64,000 bases of DNA from a virus. The position numbers and the translations under genes are program-made. The notes beneath the pieces were generated by a model. The model was not told the origin of the DNA, did not search any database, and was given only the letters and a program-made list of their open reading frames with translations. The stretch's first letter is position 1, and every line of letters begins with the position of its first letter. The DNA lies in the IMG/VR virus record IMGVR_UViG_3300045995_000108, positions 32,001-96,000 of that record. One strand, 5' to 3'. Shown piece after piece: positions 10,610-20,092 of the stretch.

Positions 10610-10817
10610 AAAGTATAACGACTTGCTCGCAAGGTTGAACCAAGCATGGCGTTACGGTCCTCATGGTCTTGTCCCACAAATTCAAATGATGATGGAACAC
10701 TACAAGACCGAAATCTCAGAGCGTATGATCAAACAACAGCAAGACATGGCTGAACGTGCAGCCAAAGGTAAAACTAAAGATGGCAAGGGTTATACTGGAG
10801 TCATTGACATTGTCTAG
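10557..10817 (+). CDS. hypothetical protein
   Basis: ORF with in-frame ATG at 10557 (MHPLAPSL...). Confidence 0.55.
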   Translation: MHPLAPSLKDVPDQELYKKYNDLLARLNQAWRYGPHGLVPQIQMMMEHYKTEISERMIKQQQDMAERAAKGKTKDGKGYTGVIDIV

Positions 10818-11228
10818 CATTCCGTTTAACATTGTTAGGGAAGCGGTGGGCAAAACGCACAGGCTACAAGCAAAATGGACAATACAACAGATGCCTGAAG
10901 AACCAACTTGGTACGAGGAATACGAACTCACCGACGAGGAAAAAGAAGGATTGGGTCCCGTAGAGCAGGAGGTGTGGAAAGCTCTTAAAACATCAAAGAT
11001 GCTCGACTTAGAGTCCGAGATTATGGATATGCTGTCTGCAGAAATATGTAAAGAGATGGATGCGCAAATTCTTAAGGAAATGTTACGTGGAACATAAGCT
11101 AAATGAAGATGAGCAAAAGGTGTGGGAGATTTTGTCTACTCCATATGTCCCGCCGTATGACATGAATGATCCTGCTTACATTCAAAAGTTGATTGACGAA
11201 GTTAAAGCATCATTTCTAGCAAAGCAAA

Positions 11229-11747
11229 ATGAGATACGATAAATTCGGACAAGGTTACGCCACACAAGACGAGCTCTGTGATTTATTGTACAGAGATCCA
11301 GCACTAAAGCTGGAACAGTTTAAGGTAGAGGATTGGGACGAGTATAACTATCATGTCAAATCGACATACGCCCCCTTCCCCCTAGTACAAGAGTACCACC
11401 CACTGCCACCAGATTACGACATTGCTTCTTACGATAGAGCACAGCAAGAGAACTGGTATATGCCAGACGAATATAAAACATTGGATATAGCGGCATACGT
11501 TTTAGGACTATGCAAGACAGAAGAAGAGTTACAGAGAGTGGGACAAGAGCTACTGTTATTTTATGACCGTAACCTTGAGAACCTGCTAAGATATATGAAG
11601 TACATGGTAGATACCATGCGTAAGAACAATGTCGTGATGGGGTTAGGTCGTGGGTCAAGTACAGCAAGCTATGTGCTCTACTTGTTAGGGGTGCACAAAA
11701 TCAATTCGATCTACTTCGACCTGCCAATTGAGGAATTTTTGAAGTGA
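11229..11747 (+). CDS. stand-alone fragment of DNA polymerase III alpha (DnaE-like)
   Basis: GLGRGSSTASYVLYLLGVHKINSIYFDLPIEEFL resembles DnaE GPGRGSAAGSLVAY.LGIT..DP..Y.LLFERFL. Confidence 0.8.
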   Translation: MRYDKFGQGYATQDELCDLLYRDPALKLEQFKVEDWDEYNYHVKSTYAPFPLVQEYHPLPPDYDIASYDRAQQENWYMPDEYKTLDIAAYVLGLCKTEEELQRVGQELLLFYDRNLENLLRYMKYMVDTMRKNNVVMGLGRGSSTASYVLYLLGVHKINSIYFDLPIEEFLK

Positions 11748-12040
11748 CAGATGTTATATACATTGATGCTGGGTATTACGACTACGATTTTAAACTGGAC
11801 AAGCACTGTGCTGATGTAATCCGTATTAAAGAAGGGATTGACGGAAAAGTAACGTTTATTTGCAATTCCGCAGCAAAGTTCAGTGTTGGTGATGTATATC
11901 AAATAGCTTTTAATCACCCACAAGATGAAGGCGATATGTTATTCTTTAAACTAAAGTACCCACATTTGCAAATCATCGACCGTGAAAAAGCGGTAGCATA
12001 TATTTCTAAGTCGACACATTTACAGTTAAATACACTATAG
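11744..12040 (+). CDS. hypothetical protein
   Basis: 98-aa ORF overlapping the upstream stop (GTGA). Confidence 0.5.
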   Translation: MTDVIYIDAGYYDYDFKLDKHCADVIRIKEGIDGKVTFICNSAAKFSVGDVYQIAFNHPQDEGDMLFFKLKYPHLQIIDREKAVAYISKSTHLQLNTL

Positions 12041-12049
12041 GAGATACAG

Positions 12050-12532
12050 ATGGCTCAAGCAACACACAGATCAGCAAACGGTAAAATGATAGCAATGGAA
12101 ACATTGCGTCTAGAGAATGAAAAAACAATTGCAGTGGGTAACATGAAAGTTAACGCTCGCGGTGATACATTAGGTCCGGGTGGTCGCCCAATGGCAACAA
12201 AGCAAGAAACGGTAAACGAGTATTACAACTTACATACGCCCACCATTGGTGGCAATCAGGTTGTACCTGCGCAAGCAGTATTACGCGAGCAGCAATTTGA
12301 TGCACCATCTGCAGACCCATTGATTGAAGAACAAGACGCATTTGACGTAGAAGCTACACCAGCGCCAGCCCCACAAAAGCCAAATCCACACAATGTATCT
12401 GCACCAGCTGGTCAAAAGCCAGTTCGCGGTTCGTTAGCTGCAAGCGTGGCACAGAAGCCAATTGACATCAAGCAAGAGTTAATGAAGTCAGCTAAACAGC
12501 AACATAAAGCAAAAGGTCCAGCACGGTTCTAA
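12050..12532 (+). CDS. hypothetical phage protein
   Basis: SD AGGAG; AVGNMKVNARGD motif. Confidence 0.6.
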   Translation: MAQATHRSANGKMIAMETLRLENEKTIAVGNMKVNARGDTLGPGGRPMATKQETVNEYYNLHTPTIGGNQVVPAQAVLREQQFDAPSADPLIEEQDAFDVEATPAPAPQKPNPHNVSAPAGQKPVRGSLAASVAQKPIDIKQELMKSAKQQHKAKGPARF

Positions 12533-12714
12533 TATGAAAGTTATCACATCATTATTCGAAAAAGACGACCGTCTTTACGGTAAGTCTGAGTTTGACGGTA
12601 CCGGTTTTAATATATACAATTTGCTGAACCGCCCACTCACCGAATGGGATTTCAGTCAAGTCGTAGCCGGCAAGGAATTGCTAGACAAATATCTACCTCA
12701 GAAAAAAGAATCAA

Positions 12715-13125
12715 ATGCGTAAAGAAGAACAGTTATTTCAAACAAGTGGCAAACTGCAAGCCACTAACTCAATCAAAGGCCTCAAGCCAATTAAAGACCA
12801 TGTAATAGTAACTGACATGGACTTTGGTAATCGCAAATTGTCCTCGGGCATTGTGCTACTTAACGACGATGGGAAGTCTGAAGGCATCCGTCCACGTTGG
12901 GCAAAAGTATACAAAGTAGGACCAGAGCAGCGCGATGTTAAAGAAGGTCAATGGATCTTTATTGAGCACGGTCGTTGGACACGTGGTCTAAAGGTGGAAA
13001 TCGACGGGTCGGAATTTACAGTGCGCAGAGTGGACGCTGCCGCTATTATTGGAGTTCAAGATGAAGAGCCTACAGAAGATGACACCATCAGCACAGCAGT
13101 TGTTGGCGACAGCAAGAAACGATAA
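12715..13125 (+). CDS. groES: co-chaperonin GroES-like
   Basis: LKPIKDHVIV, SSGIVL mobile loop, KVYKVGP, VKEGQWI. Confidence 0.85.
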   Translation: MRKEEQLFQTSGKLQATNSIKGLKPIKDHVIVTDMDFGNRKLSSGIVLLNDDGKSEGIRPRWAKVYKVGPEQRDVKEGQWIFIEHGRWTRGLKVEIDGSEFTVRRVDAAAIIGVQDEEPTEDDTISTAVVGDSKKR

Positions 13126-13371
13126 AAGCATAACCTTCAAAGGCATCACTTTGTTTTGCGGTGTAGAACCAAAAGAAGCAGTAGGTAAGAGCAGGGAGGT
13201 TAAAGGCAGTGAGCGTGATGAGATATTAACCTATCTCACTCTCAAAGAGGAACAATCCGTTCCCTATCAAACAAACATAATGGAGATACATCGCGTTGGC
13301 GATAAGATCTATTCCATTTCGTATTACAACGATTCTGAACCATTTGTAGAAGAACTACAGCCATTTAAAAA

Positions 13372-13539
13372 ATGAACATTCAACCAAAAGACACATCAAA
13401 GAATCACTTCCGTGTTTCTATGGCCAAAAGCTTGCTCCGCGTTTTTGCTGGTGCTGCACTTATGTCCCAAATGTTTTACACCACAGGACTTTTAATCATT
13501 CTAGCAGAGGTGCTAGGTATTGTAGAGGAACTAGTATGA
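13372..13539 (+). CDS. small membrane protein (below the ORF-track cutoff)
   Basis: MNIQPKDTSKNHF...LAEVLGIVEELV; ATGA overlaps on both ends. Confidence 0.55.
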   Translation: MNIQPKDTSKNHFRVSMAKSLLRVFAGAALMSQMFYTTGLLIILAEVLGIVEELV

Positions 13540-13727
13540 GTGGAAAAGGTTCGGCACCGCGTCCGTTTAGCGTATCACAGCACGAGTATGACACACGCTG
13601 GGATGCAATCTTCGGCAAAGACAAACACCATTGTGAGCATTGTGGCAAGACTGATTGCCCACATGCTATTGATCCTGCCAAGGAATGCTGCTATAATGTA
13701 GATACACATTCGCAACAAGGCAGCTAA

Positions 13728-14654
13728 ATGAAACAATTATGGGTAGAAACGTATAGACCGAATACGGTAGACGGGTACGTCTTTCAAGACGACAACCAAA
13801 AGCAGCAAGTAATGTATTGGATCAAAGAAGGTTCAATTCCACATTTGCTATTGTCTGGCAGTGCTGGTACAGGTAAGACCACTTTGGCCAAGATGCTTAT
13901 CAATGAATTGAAAATTGATGAGTATGACATTATGATTGCTAACGGCTCTAAAGAAGCACGTAAGGTCGAATGGGTAGACAAGCTTATTAACTTCTGCCAA
14001 ACTATGCCTTTTGGTAAGTTTAAGGTTGTGCTGATTGACGAAGCAGACTACATGAACATTAACTCAGTGCAACCTGCACTCCGTAATTTGATGGAAGACT
14101 ATTCTGCTAACGTTCGATTCATCCTCACTTGCAACTACCCAAACAAGATCATGCCTGCTATCCACAGCAGGTGCCAAGGCTTCCACATTGACAAGACTGA
14201 CCTCACAGAGTTTACTGCTCGTGTTGCAACAGTGTTGGCAACAGAAGGAATGGACTTTGATCTGGATACATTGGATAGCTATGTTAAGGCTACATACCCA
14301 GACTTGCGTAAGTGCTTGAACTTGCTACAAGCCAACAGCACAACTGGTACGCTGGTTGCTCCTTCTTCCAGCGATGCAAGCATGAAGGACTGGAAGCTTG
14401 AGGCAGTTGACATGTTTAAACGTGGTAAAATCCGCGAAGGTCGTCAGATCATCTGTACACAAGGAAGTGTGGATGACATTGATGGTGTGTTCCGTTGGAT
14501 GTACGACAATCTTGAACTGTGGTCTAAGACTGAAGCAGGGCAGGACGAAGCTATCCTTGCAATTCGCAAAGGGCTAGTAAATCACTCTATGATTGCTGAT
14601 CCAGAAATCAACTTATCCGCTACGTTAGTAGAACTAACTCAAATTGAGGTATGA
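13728..14654 (+). CDS. clamp loader subunit (RFC/gp44-like AAA+)
   Basis: LWVETYRP, GSAGTGKTT, IDEAD, IHSRC. Confidence 0.93.
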   Translation: MKQLWVETYRPNTVDGYVFQDDNQKQQVMYWIKEGSIPHLLLSGSAGTGKTTLAKMLINELKIDEYDIMIANGSKEARKVEWVDKLINFCQTMPFGKFKVVLIDEADYMNINSVQPALRNLMEDYSANVRFILTCNYPNKIMPAIHSRCQGFHIDKTDLTEFTARVATVLATEGMDFDLDTLDSYVKATYPDLRKCLNLLQANSTTGTLVAPSSSDASMKDWKLEAVDMFKRGKIREGRQIICTQGSVDDIDGVFRWMYDNLELWSKTEAGQDEAILAIRKGLVNHSMIADPEINLSATLVELTQIEV

Positions 14655-15349
14655 AAATAGGAGTGTTCGGGGATAGCTATTGTCAAGCAGTTGACTATAA
14701 CTCTGCTGGATACAGTAGCTGGTTCGAACTTCTCGGTACATATGGTCACAATGTGACAAGTTATGGAGTTGGTGGTGCAAGCGTAACGTATGCTGCTCAA
14801 CAGATCTTGAAGCACGGCGACGAATATGATTTTATAATATGGTGTGTCACATCTCCTAGTAGGATATCAGTACCAGTAGATGAGGGTCCGCAATTACTAC
14901 CATTCACTGCACCGGACTCCTTTGATAATTGGGAATTTCCGTTTAAAAAATTTGATACTTTACAAAAGATTGCCGCAGTGCGTTCTTGGTATATGTGGCT
15001 ATTTGATATGGATACTGCGATACTTACGGACACCGCGTTAACGCATTATGTGAGTAGCAAGTTCGCAAACGTAATGATTTTACCTTGCTTCTCTGATCCG
15101 TTGGGAGAAAAATTTAATTTGTATTCAGTGTGTGAAATCGAAATGTTGCACTATTTCAACAACAAGAATATCAAAAGCATTTATGAGAAATTTAACGACA
15201 TTCGGCGCTGTCACTTCTCAGTAGAGAATAACAAAATTTTAGCCGAGTTAATTGCTAATAATTTACGTCCAGGAATATTTGACACAAGTTATGATAATTT
15301 CTGCCATACTCCGCAAGCACCATTAGAAACATATTTTAGGAAAAAATAA
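14651..15349 (+). CDS. SGNH-hydrolase-like protein
   Basis: N-terminal VFGDSY, GVGGAS, C-terminal CHF. Confidence 0.55.
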   Translation: MKIGVFGDSYCQAVDYNSAGYSSWFELLGTYGHNVTSYGVGGASVTYAAQQILKHGDEYDFIIWCVTSPSRISVPVDEGPQLLPFTAPDSFDNWEFPFKKFDTLQKIAAVRSWYMWLFDMDTAILTDTALTHYVSSKFANVMILPCFSDPLGEKFNLYSVCEIEMLHYFNNKNIKSIYEKFNDIRRCHFSVENNKILAELIANNLRPGIFDTSYDNFCHTPQAPLETYFRKK

Positions 15350-15798
15350 TGAAACAAAAAGACATTTACCTCGTTGGCTTTTACAGCATGAAGCCACGAC
15401 CAGGCGTGCGTACAACTGTTAAAGGTTGGATGAACGATCAAGCTAACCTACAGTACGACGAGAAGGTAGAGATTACTCGCGGCGTTAAAAACTCTGCAAT
15501 GACTGCGAAGATTGTTCTTAACTTGTCCAAGAAGACAGTTGAGCGCAATGGCTTCAATGCTGACCGTGAGTTCAAGTCGCTATTCAAATACTTCTTTGGC
15601 GGCTACCATCAGTACATTACTGAGGTAATGAAACAACTTGACCCAGCTTATCTTACAACTGTGTTGGATGAATTGCAAGCTGAGATGGAAGCTGCACAAG
15701 CTGCACAAGCTGCGACGATCAAAGAGATCTATGCAACAGCAGTGGCTGATCCTGCACCGCTTCCGCAGGACCCAACGCCTGCGCTAATGGGATACTAA
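15349..15798 (+). CDS. hypothetical phage protein
   Basis: 149-aa ORF, coupled start. Confidence 0.55.
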   Translation: MKQKDIYLVGFYSMKPRPGVRTTVKGWMNDQANLQYDEKVEITRGVKNSAMTAKIVLNLSKKTVERNGFNADREFKSLFKYFFGGYHQYITEVMKQLDPAYLTTVLDELQAEMEAAQAAQAATIKEIYATAVADPAPLPQDPTPALMGY

Positions 15799-15805
15799 AT
15801 ACAGT

Positions 15806-16042
15806 ATGAATCCCGCAATGCTCAAGTTAATGAAGGCTAAAAAGAAGCGTCCTGTTGACCCAAACGCTCCGCCTCGCCCTAATTTGATGTCTCACGACAA
15901 AGTCATTCGCGGGCAAAAAGCGACAATTGATCAACTGCAATACGAGATCATGGCGCTGAAGCAGCAAATGGAGGCAGTGGCTACTAAACTGCATTACCAA
16001 ACGCAATACCTACAACAATTGCATTCACAAATCAAACGTTAA
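15806..16042 (+). CDS. small coiled-coil protein
   Basis: ATG lies 4 nt after TAAATA. Confidence 0.55.
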   Translation: MNPAMLKLMKAKKKRPVDPNAPPRPNLMSHDKVIRGQKATIDQLQYEIMALKQQMEAVATKLHYQTQYLQQLHSQIKR

Positions 16043-16401
16043 TCGCAATGCGATCCAGTAGGGTCAAATTCATCAAGTAAATTTTCACACACGTAGACAG
16101 CCATTCGCTTCTGACGTGTGTTTTTACGAGTCCTTTTCCAACGTGATAGTCTGCGTGTCACAAGCCATTCTTTTGGTAACTCTACAAAGAAAAATGGCGC
16201 TATAAAAAGGTTAGCAAGTACGTCTACTATAAAGCCCACCACAAGCCACGGAAACGCCAAAACGAACCTCACTCCTACGAGTTTCTTCTTCAAATGGACG
16301 CGATAAAGGCCCATAACGAGCACGAAAAGCCCCCAAAACACCCAAAGGTAAATCATCAGCCCAAGGACAGTGTATAGCAGTGCAAAAAGTGCGGTGATCA
16401 T
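16039..16401 (-). CDS. membrane protein
   Basis: Two or three hydrophobic helices; fills a + strand gap; TAAATA upstream on the minus strand. Confidence 0.65.
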   Translation of the reverse strand: MITALFALLYTVLGLMIYLWVFWGLFVLVMGLYRVHLKKKLVGVRFVLAFPWLVVGFIVDVLANLFIAPFFFVELPKEWLVTRRLSRWKRTRKNTRQKRMAVYVCENLLDEFDPTGSHCD

Positions 16402-16416
16402 TATATGTGTATTTAT

Positions 16417-16445
16417 TTGACTAATAATGTGCTTTAATATACAAT
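16417..16445 (+). promoter_or_regulatory. sigma70-type promoter, leaderless transcript
   Basis: TTGACT-17-TACAAT, ATG 6 nt downstream. Confidence 0.75.
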
Positions 16446-16451
16446 ACGTGT

Positions 16452-17003
16452 ATGAAAACTTTTATTACATCTGACCTGCACTTTGGGCACAAGAACATCA
16501 TGTCGTTCTGCCCTAAGTCCCGTGCACGATTCCGAAACGACGTTGACTACATGAATGAAGCAATGGTGCGCGAATGGAACGAACTGATCTCCCCTGGGGA
16601 CCTGGTTTACATTCTGGGCGACGTTGCATTTTGCAATGCTGCTCAAGCAACTGCTTACATGCGGCGCTGTAATGGTCGCAAGATCCTGATTGAGGGTAAC
16701 CACGATAAGAAGCTGGTGCAGGACAAGGCCTTCTCCGCAGAATTTGAATCTATCCACAAGTATCTGGACATCAACTACGACGGAAACAAGATCGTCATGT
16801 TCCACTATCCAATTTTTGAATGGGACCAAGCACACCGCGGCGCTATCCACTTCTACGGACACAAGCACGGTGGTGAATGTCCTGAGATGACAAAGTACCG
16901 CGCACGTGACATGGGAATGGATGCTACTGGCGTTATTGCTATGACAATGGAAGACGCAATCAAAGACGCACTGAAAGGTGCAATTAAAGGACATCATGTT
17001 TAA
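16452..17003 (+). CDS. calcineurin-like metallophosphoesterase
   Basis: SDLHFGH, LGDV, GNHD, HYP, GHKH. Confidence 0.92.
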   Translation: MKTFITSDLHFGHKNIMSFCPKSRARFRNDVDYMNEAMVREWNELISPGDLVYILGDVAFCNAAQATAYMRRCNGRKILIEGNHDKKLVQDKAFSAEFESIHKYLDINYDGNKIVMFHYPIFEWDQAHRGAIHFYGHKHGGECPEMTKYRARDMGMDATGVIAMTMEDAIKDALKGAIKGHHV

Positions 17004-17150
17004 GATTTTTGTTGTAACGTTTGCAACTGGCGTGGTAGTTGACACTAAGGTGCTTGAGTATAGCATCAAGGCTGATGCTGACCGTGCATACCTGTTACTC
17101 AATGATGCGTCAGGCAAATCGTTCAATGTGGTGCTGACGAAGCTGTACTA

Positions 17151-17417
17151 ATGATTACGCATGTCGCAATTAAGTACGATGGCAAGATTTATTCTCTGCC
17201 ATCCCCTAATCGTCACCATCACGTTATCCGTATGATTGCGAAAGAGAATGGTGTTGGTATTAAGGGACCTGATGTGCAAGGATTCTTGGACAATGAAGGC
17301 AACTTCCTAAACCGTCGGGAAGCATACATTCACGCAAAGGAATGTGTTCAGGTTATACGCAAAGTAGGACCTGGCATGTATGATGGCAATTCACTTTTTT
17401 CTGAGGACTTGTGGTAA
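17151..17417 (+). CDS. hypothetical phage protein
   Basis: RHHHV...QGFL...FLNRREA...LFSEDLW. Confidence 0.6.
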   Translation: MITHVAIKYDGKIYSLPSPNRHHHVIRMIAKENGVGIKGPDVQGFLDNEGNFLNRREAYIHAKECVQVIRKVGPGMYDGNSLFSEDLW

Positions 17418-17680
17418 TGGCTGAAATCGAAACTGGAATTACAATTAACGTTTACGCTGACCCTGAATATGGGTATGCTGTGAACGTTGCGGAAGACGAA
17501 CTGTCTATTGCTTATACTGACAGTAAAGGCAACGTGGACGGAACTGCAATCACATTTGGCTCAAAGGCTGAAATGGAAGCAGTGGCGCTGGCCATGCTCA
17601 AGGCCTGCAAAATCTAATTTGCAGTTTTATTCACCTTAATATACAATGCATGTATCGTTAACTAACCCTAAGGAAATTTT

Positions 17681-18457
17681 ATGAACGAGATGGAAATTAA
17701 AAAAGAGCAACTTGCCAAGATGGTCAAATATGGCCTGATTGGATTGTTCTGTGCGGTCGCGGCACCTGTAGCGTGGCTCGCAGTGACTGGTATTGCAGGA
17801 ATGCTTGCTGCACTTGGTGTCGCGGCAGTTGGCTACAATCTCGCACCCGTGGTTGCGCTGAAGCTTGCCAATTACAAGTACCGTGCATTGGACGCTGAGC
17901 GAGTTGAGCACCTTGAAAAAGTGCAAGCTGCCGCAGCAGAGAATCCAATTGAAACGATCCAGCTATCGTATAACGGGCGTGTGCAGGATGCTGCAAAGTT
18001 TGCAGACTCCATTACAGAGTTCCGAACTGAGATTAAGAACTACGAAGGCACAGTGAAGGAATTCGAAGCAGAATACCCTGACGACGCCAAAGCGGGACGC
18101 GAACAACTTGCATTTATGCGAGAAAATTTGAAGGAACGCGAAAACCGTTACCAAGCGGTACAAGCTGAACTGGCAAATCTTGCTGCAACAATCAAGAAAA
18201 TGCGAGCTCTCTGGAAGCTGGCTTTGGCTACGCAACGGATGAACAAGCTTGCTGGAATGAACACTGGCGACGAGTTTGCTCGTATTAAAAACGAAGCTGC
18301 CGTGGATAGCGTTATGTCCAACCTCAACAAAGCGTTTGCCCAAATGGAAACTGCTACAATGGTGAATCGCAAGCCAGCAGCGCAGCAAGCGATTGCGAAT
18401 GATCCCTCCCCTGTCCTAATTGTGGACGCAACTGTAACCCAGAAAGTGAGTGCTTAA
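17681..18457 (+). CDS. membrane-anchored coiled-coil protein (PspA-like?)
   Basis: Two N-terminal TM segments then a long helical region; SD TAAGGA. Confidence 0.55.
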   Translation: MNEMEIKKEQLAKMVKYGLIGLFCAVAAPVAWLAVTGIAGMLAALGVAAVGYNLAPVVALKLANYKYRALDAERVEHLEKVQAAAAENPIETIQLSYNGRVQDAAKFADSITEFRTEIKNYEGTVKEFEAEYPDDAKAGREQLAFMRENLKERENRYQAVQAELANLAATIKKMRALWKLALATQRMNKLAGMNTGDEFARIKNEAAVDSVMSNLNKAFAQMETATMVNRKPAAQQAIANDPSPVLIVDATVTQKVSA

Positions 18458-18458
18458 T

Positions 18459-19532
18459 ATGGTAAAAGTAATTGGTTCCGTAGTATTTTTGATTGTGATG
18501 TTGCTGGGCGGCTACTTTGCTGACGCGAAGTTCAAGGCGCAAATTGACGGCATGTTGGGCAAGGGCAACGCTACCGCAACTGAAGCAGTAAGCAAGGCAG
18601 TGCCTGATCGAGTTGAAGCAAAGGCGGGTGGACGACTTGCTACAATTCAGGAAAGTGGCGTGGTAACGGCAAGTGTGCAAAATCCGTCCAAGCCGTTCTA
18701 TAGCAACGATGGCGGACGAGCAAAAGGCTTTAACGTTGACTTCATGAAGATCTTGTTTGATCAGAGTGAGTTTAAGGGCAAGATCAAAGTTGAAGCAAGC
18801 GCAGTTGAGACATATGCTGATGTGCCCAAGCAATTGCTGGATAACAAGAAAGTGGATATCGCGATTGACGGCCTGACGTTTAACGACGAAGACTTGAATG
18901 GCGTTGTGTACACTATCCCTTACGTGAAGGACTTTGGCTACAGTTTGATTATGGCCAAGGGTGACTCTCCTGGCGCTGGTATGCGAATTGGTGTGCTGCA
19001 AGGCGACCCTGATGCAAAGGCTGCGGCTGAGAGTGCTTTCCCTGACGCTAAGATCATCGAAGTAAGCGACAAAGCTGATGCAAATGGTAAGTGGATCGTG
19101 GGCCATATTAAGTCCAAGAAGGTTGATGCAGTGATGTATGACTATCCGTTCGCCGTAGCAGAAGTCGAAGGAACTGACCTCCAGTTCGCAATCGCTAAGA
19201 TCAAGGGTACTGACATTAAGTACAGCATTGGTGTGCGCAAGGATGACAAGGATTTGCTGGCTGCGTTGAACAGCGCAATTCGCAAGGCAATGGACACGCC
19301 AGAGTATCCTGACATGCTGAAGACGTACTTCATGAGCACAAGTGTTGCCGCAGTGCGCCGCGCAAGCTCTGGTGAAGTTAGCTACATCGTTGTCAAGGGC
19401 GATACGTTGAGCACTATTGCACAAGCGCAACTTGGCGACATCAAGCGTTACACTGACATCCAGGCACGTAATAACTTGGCTAACCCCAACTTTATTGCAG
19501 TGGGCCAGAAGCTGGTTATGCCTGCTAAGTAA
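18459..19532 (+). CDS. family-3 solute-binding protein fused to C-terminal LysM
   Basis: GFNVD, VDIAIDGLT, YTIPY, VDAVMYD; YIVVKGDTLSTIA...NNLANPNFIAVGQKLVMP. Confidence 0.88.
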   Translation: MVKVIGSVVFLIVMLLGGYFADAKFKAQIDGMLGKGNATATEAVSKAVPDRVEAKAGGRLATIQESGVVTASVQNPSKPFYSNDGGRAKGFNVDFMKILFDQSEFKGKIKVEASAVETYADVPKQLLDNKKVDIAIDGLTFNDEDLNGVVYTIPYVKDFGYSLIMAKGDSPGAGMRIGVLQGDPDAKAAAESAFPDAKIIEVSDKADANGKWIVGHIKSKKVDAVMYDYPFAVAEVEGTDLQFAIAKIKGTDIKYSIGVRKDDKDLLAALNSAIRKAMDTPEYPDMLKTYFMSTSVAAVRRASSGEVSYIVVKGDTLSTIAQAQLGDIKRYTDIQARNNLANPNFIAVGQKLVMPAK

Positions 19533-19548
19533 GCTGGTTTAACGCAGA

Positions 19549-19572
19549 GAAAGGGCTGAAATATGCCCTTTC
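19549..19572 (+). terminator. hairpin, probable terminator
   Basis: GAAAGGGC-tgaaatat-GCCCTTTC after the SBP-LysM stop; U-tract is short. Confidence 0.55.
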
Positions 19573-19601
19573 GTCACGATTTGACGATTAAATCCACTTA
19601 A

Positions 19602-19866
19602 TGTACAATAGTGGCTTAGTAAGTAAACAAGGCGATAGAGATGAACAAAGCACTGTACTACATTAACCTGCCACTCCTGCCTGCGTTCTTTGCAGTATCG
19701 TTTGCGCTGAACATGTATAAACTCACAAAGCAAGCTTTCCGCTGGTCAGTAAGCGAGACAAAAGACACTTATCGTTCCAATCGCCGCCACTACAATGTCT
19801 GATTTGACCATTTAATGGTTTTATTGTACAATAGTGGCTTAGTAAGTAAACAAGGCGATAGAGATG
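19602..19866 (+). repeat. 42-bp direct repeat carrying -10 box, leader and ATG (19602-19643 and 19825-19866)
   Basis: TGTACAATAGTGGCTTAGTAAGTAAACAAGGCGATAGAGATG occurs twice, each with TTGAC 17 bp upstream of TACAAT. Confidence 0.95.
19641..19802 (+). CDS. small hypothetical protein (53 aa)
   Basis: MNKALYYINLPLL...; starts at the ATG of the first promoter repeat. Confidence 0.6.
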   Translation: MNKALYYINLPLLPAFFAVSFALNMYKLTKQAFRWSVSETKDTYRSNRRHYNV

Positions 19867-20061
19867 CAAATTTTTAAAAACACAGTTATCCAGTCCACTT
19901 TGCGTTTCGCTAAGGACTTCACTGTTGTCCAGATTCTGGGTTGCGGCTTTGTTGTCATCCATTCTGCCTTTGCGTTGAATGCTGCTAAAGAGACAGGACA
20001 CAAGGTGCGCACTATCTGTGGCAAGAGCTTTGGTCTCTCCCTGTTCACCCGCGCCGTTTGA
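19864..20061 (+). CDS. small hypothetical protein
   Basis: Starts at the ATG of the second promoter repeat. Confidence 0.6.
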   Translation: MQIFKNTVIQSTLRFAKDFTVVQILGCGFVVIHSAFALNAAKETGHKVRTICGKSFGLSLFTRAV

Positions 20062-20086
20062 CACTTTAATAGGTTTAATGTAGAAT
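20058..20086 (+). promoter_or_regulatory. sigma70-type promoter, leaderless transcript
   Basis: TTGACA-17-TAGAAT, ATG 6 nt downstream. Confidence 0.75.
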
Positions 20087-20092
20087 ACTTAC

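Noticed and set aside
11229-12040. Frameshifted dnaE pseudogene continuing downstream
   Set aside because: The listed downstream ORFs show no PDIDxD or other DnaE motif; the next ORF is translationally coupled and unrelated.
18354-19430. Long minus-strand ORFs (also 35100-35927, 49218-49892, 51171-51887)
   Set aside because: Antisense shadows of well-supported + strand genes, with no recognisable motifs.
19602-19866. Mini-CRISPR or att sites
   Set aside because: The repeat consists of -10 box, leader and ATG, the intervening DNA is an ORF, and no integrase is present.
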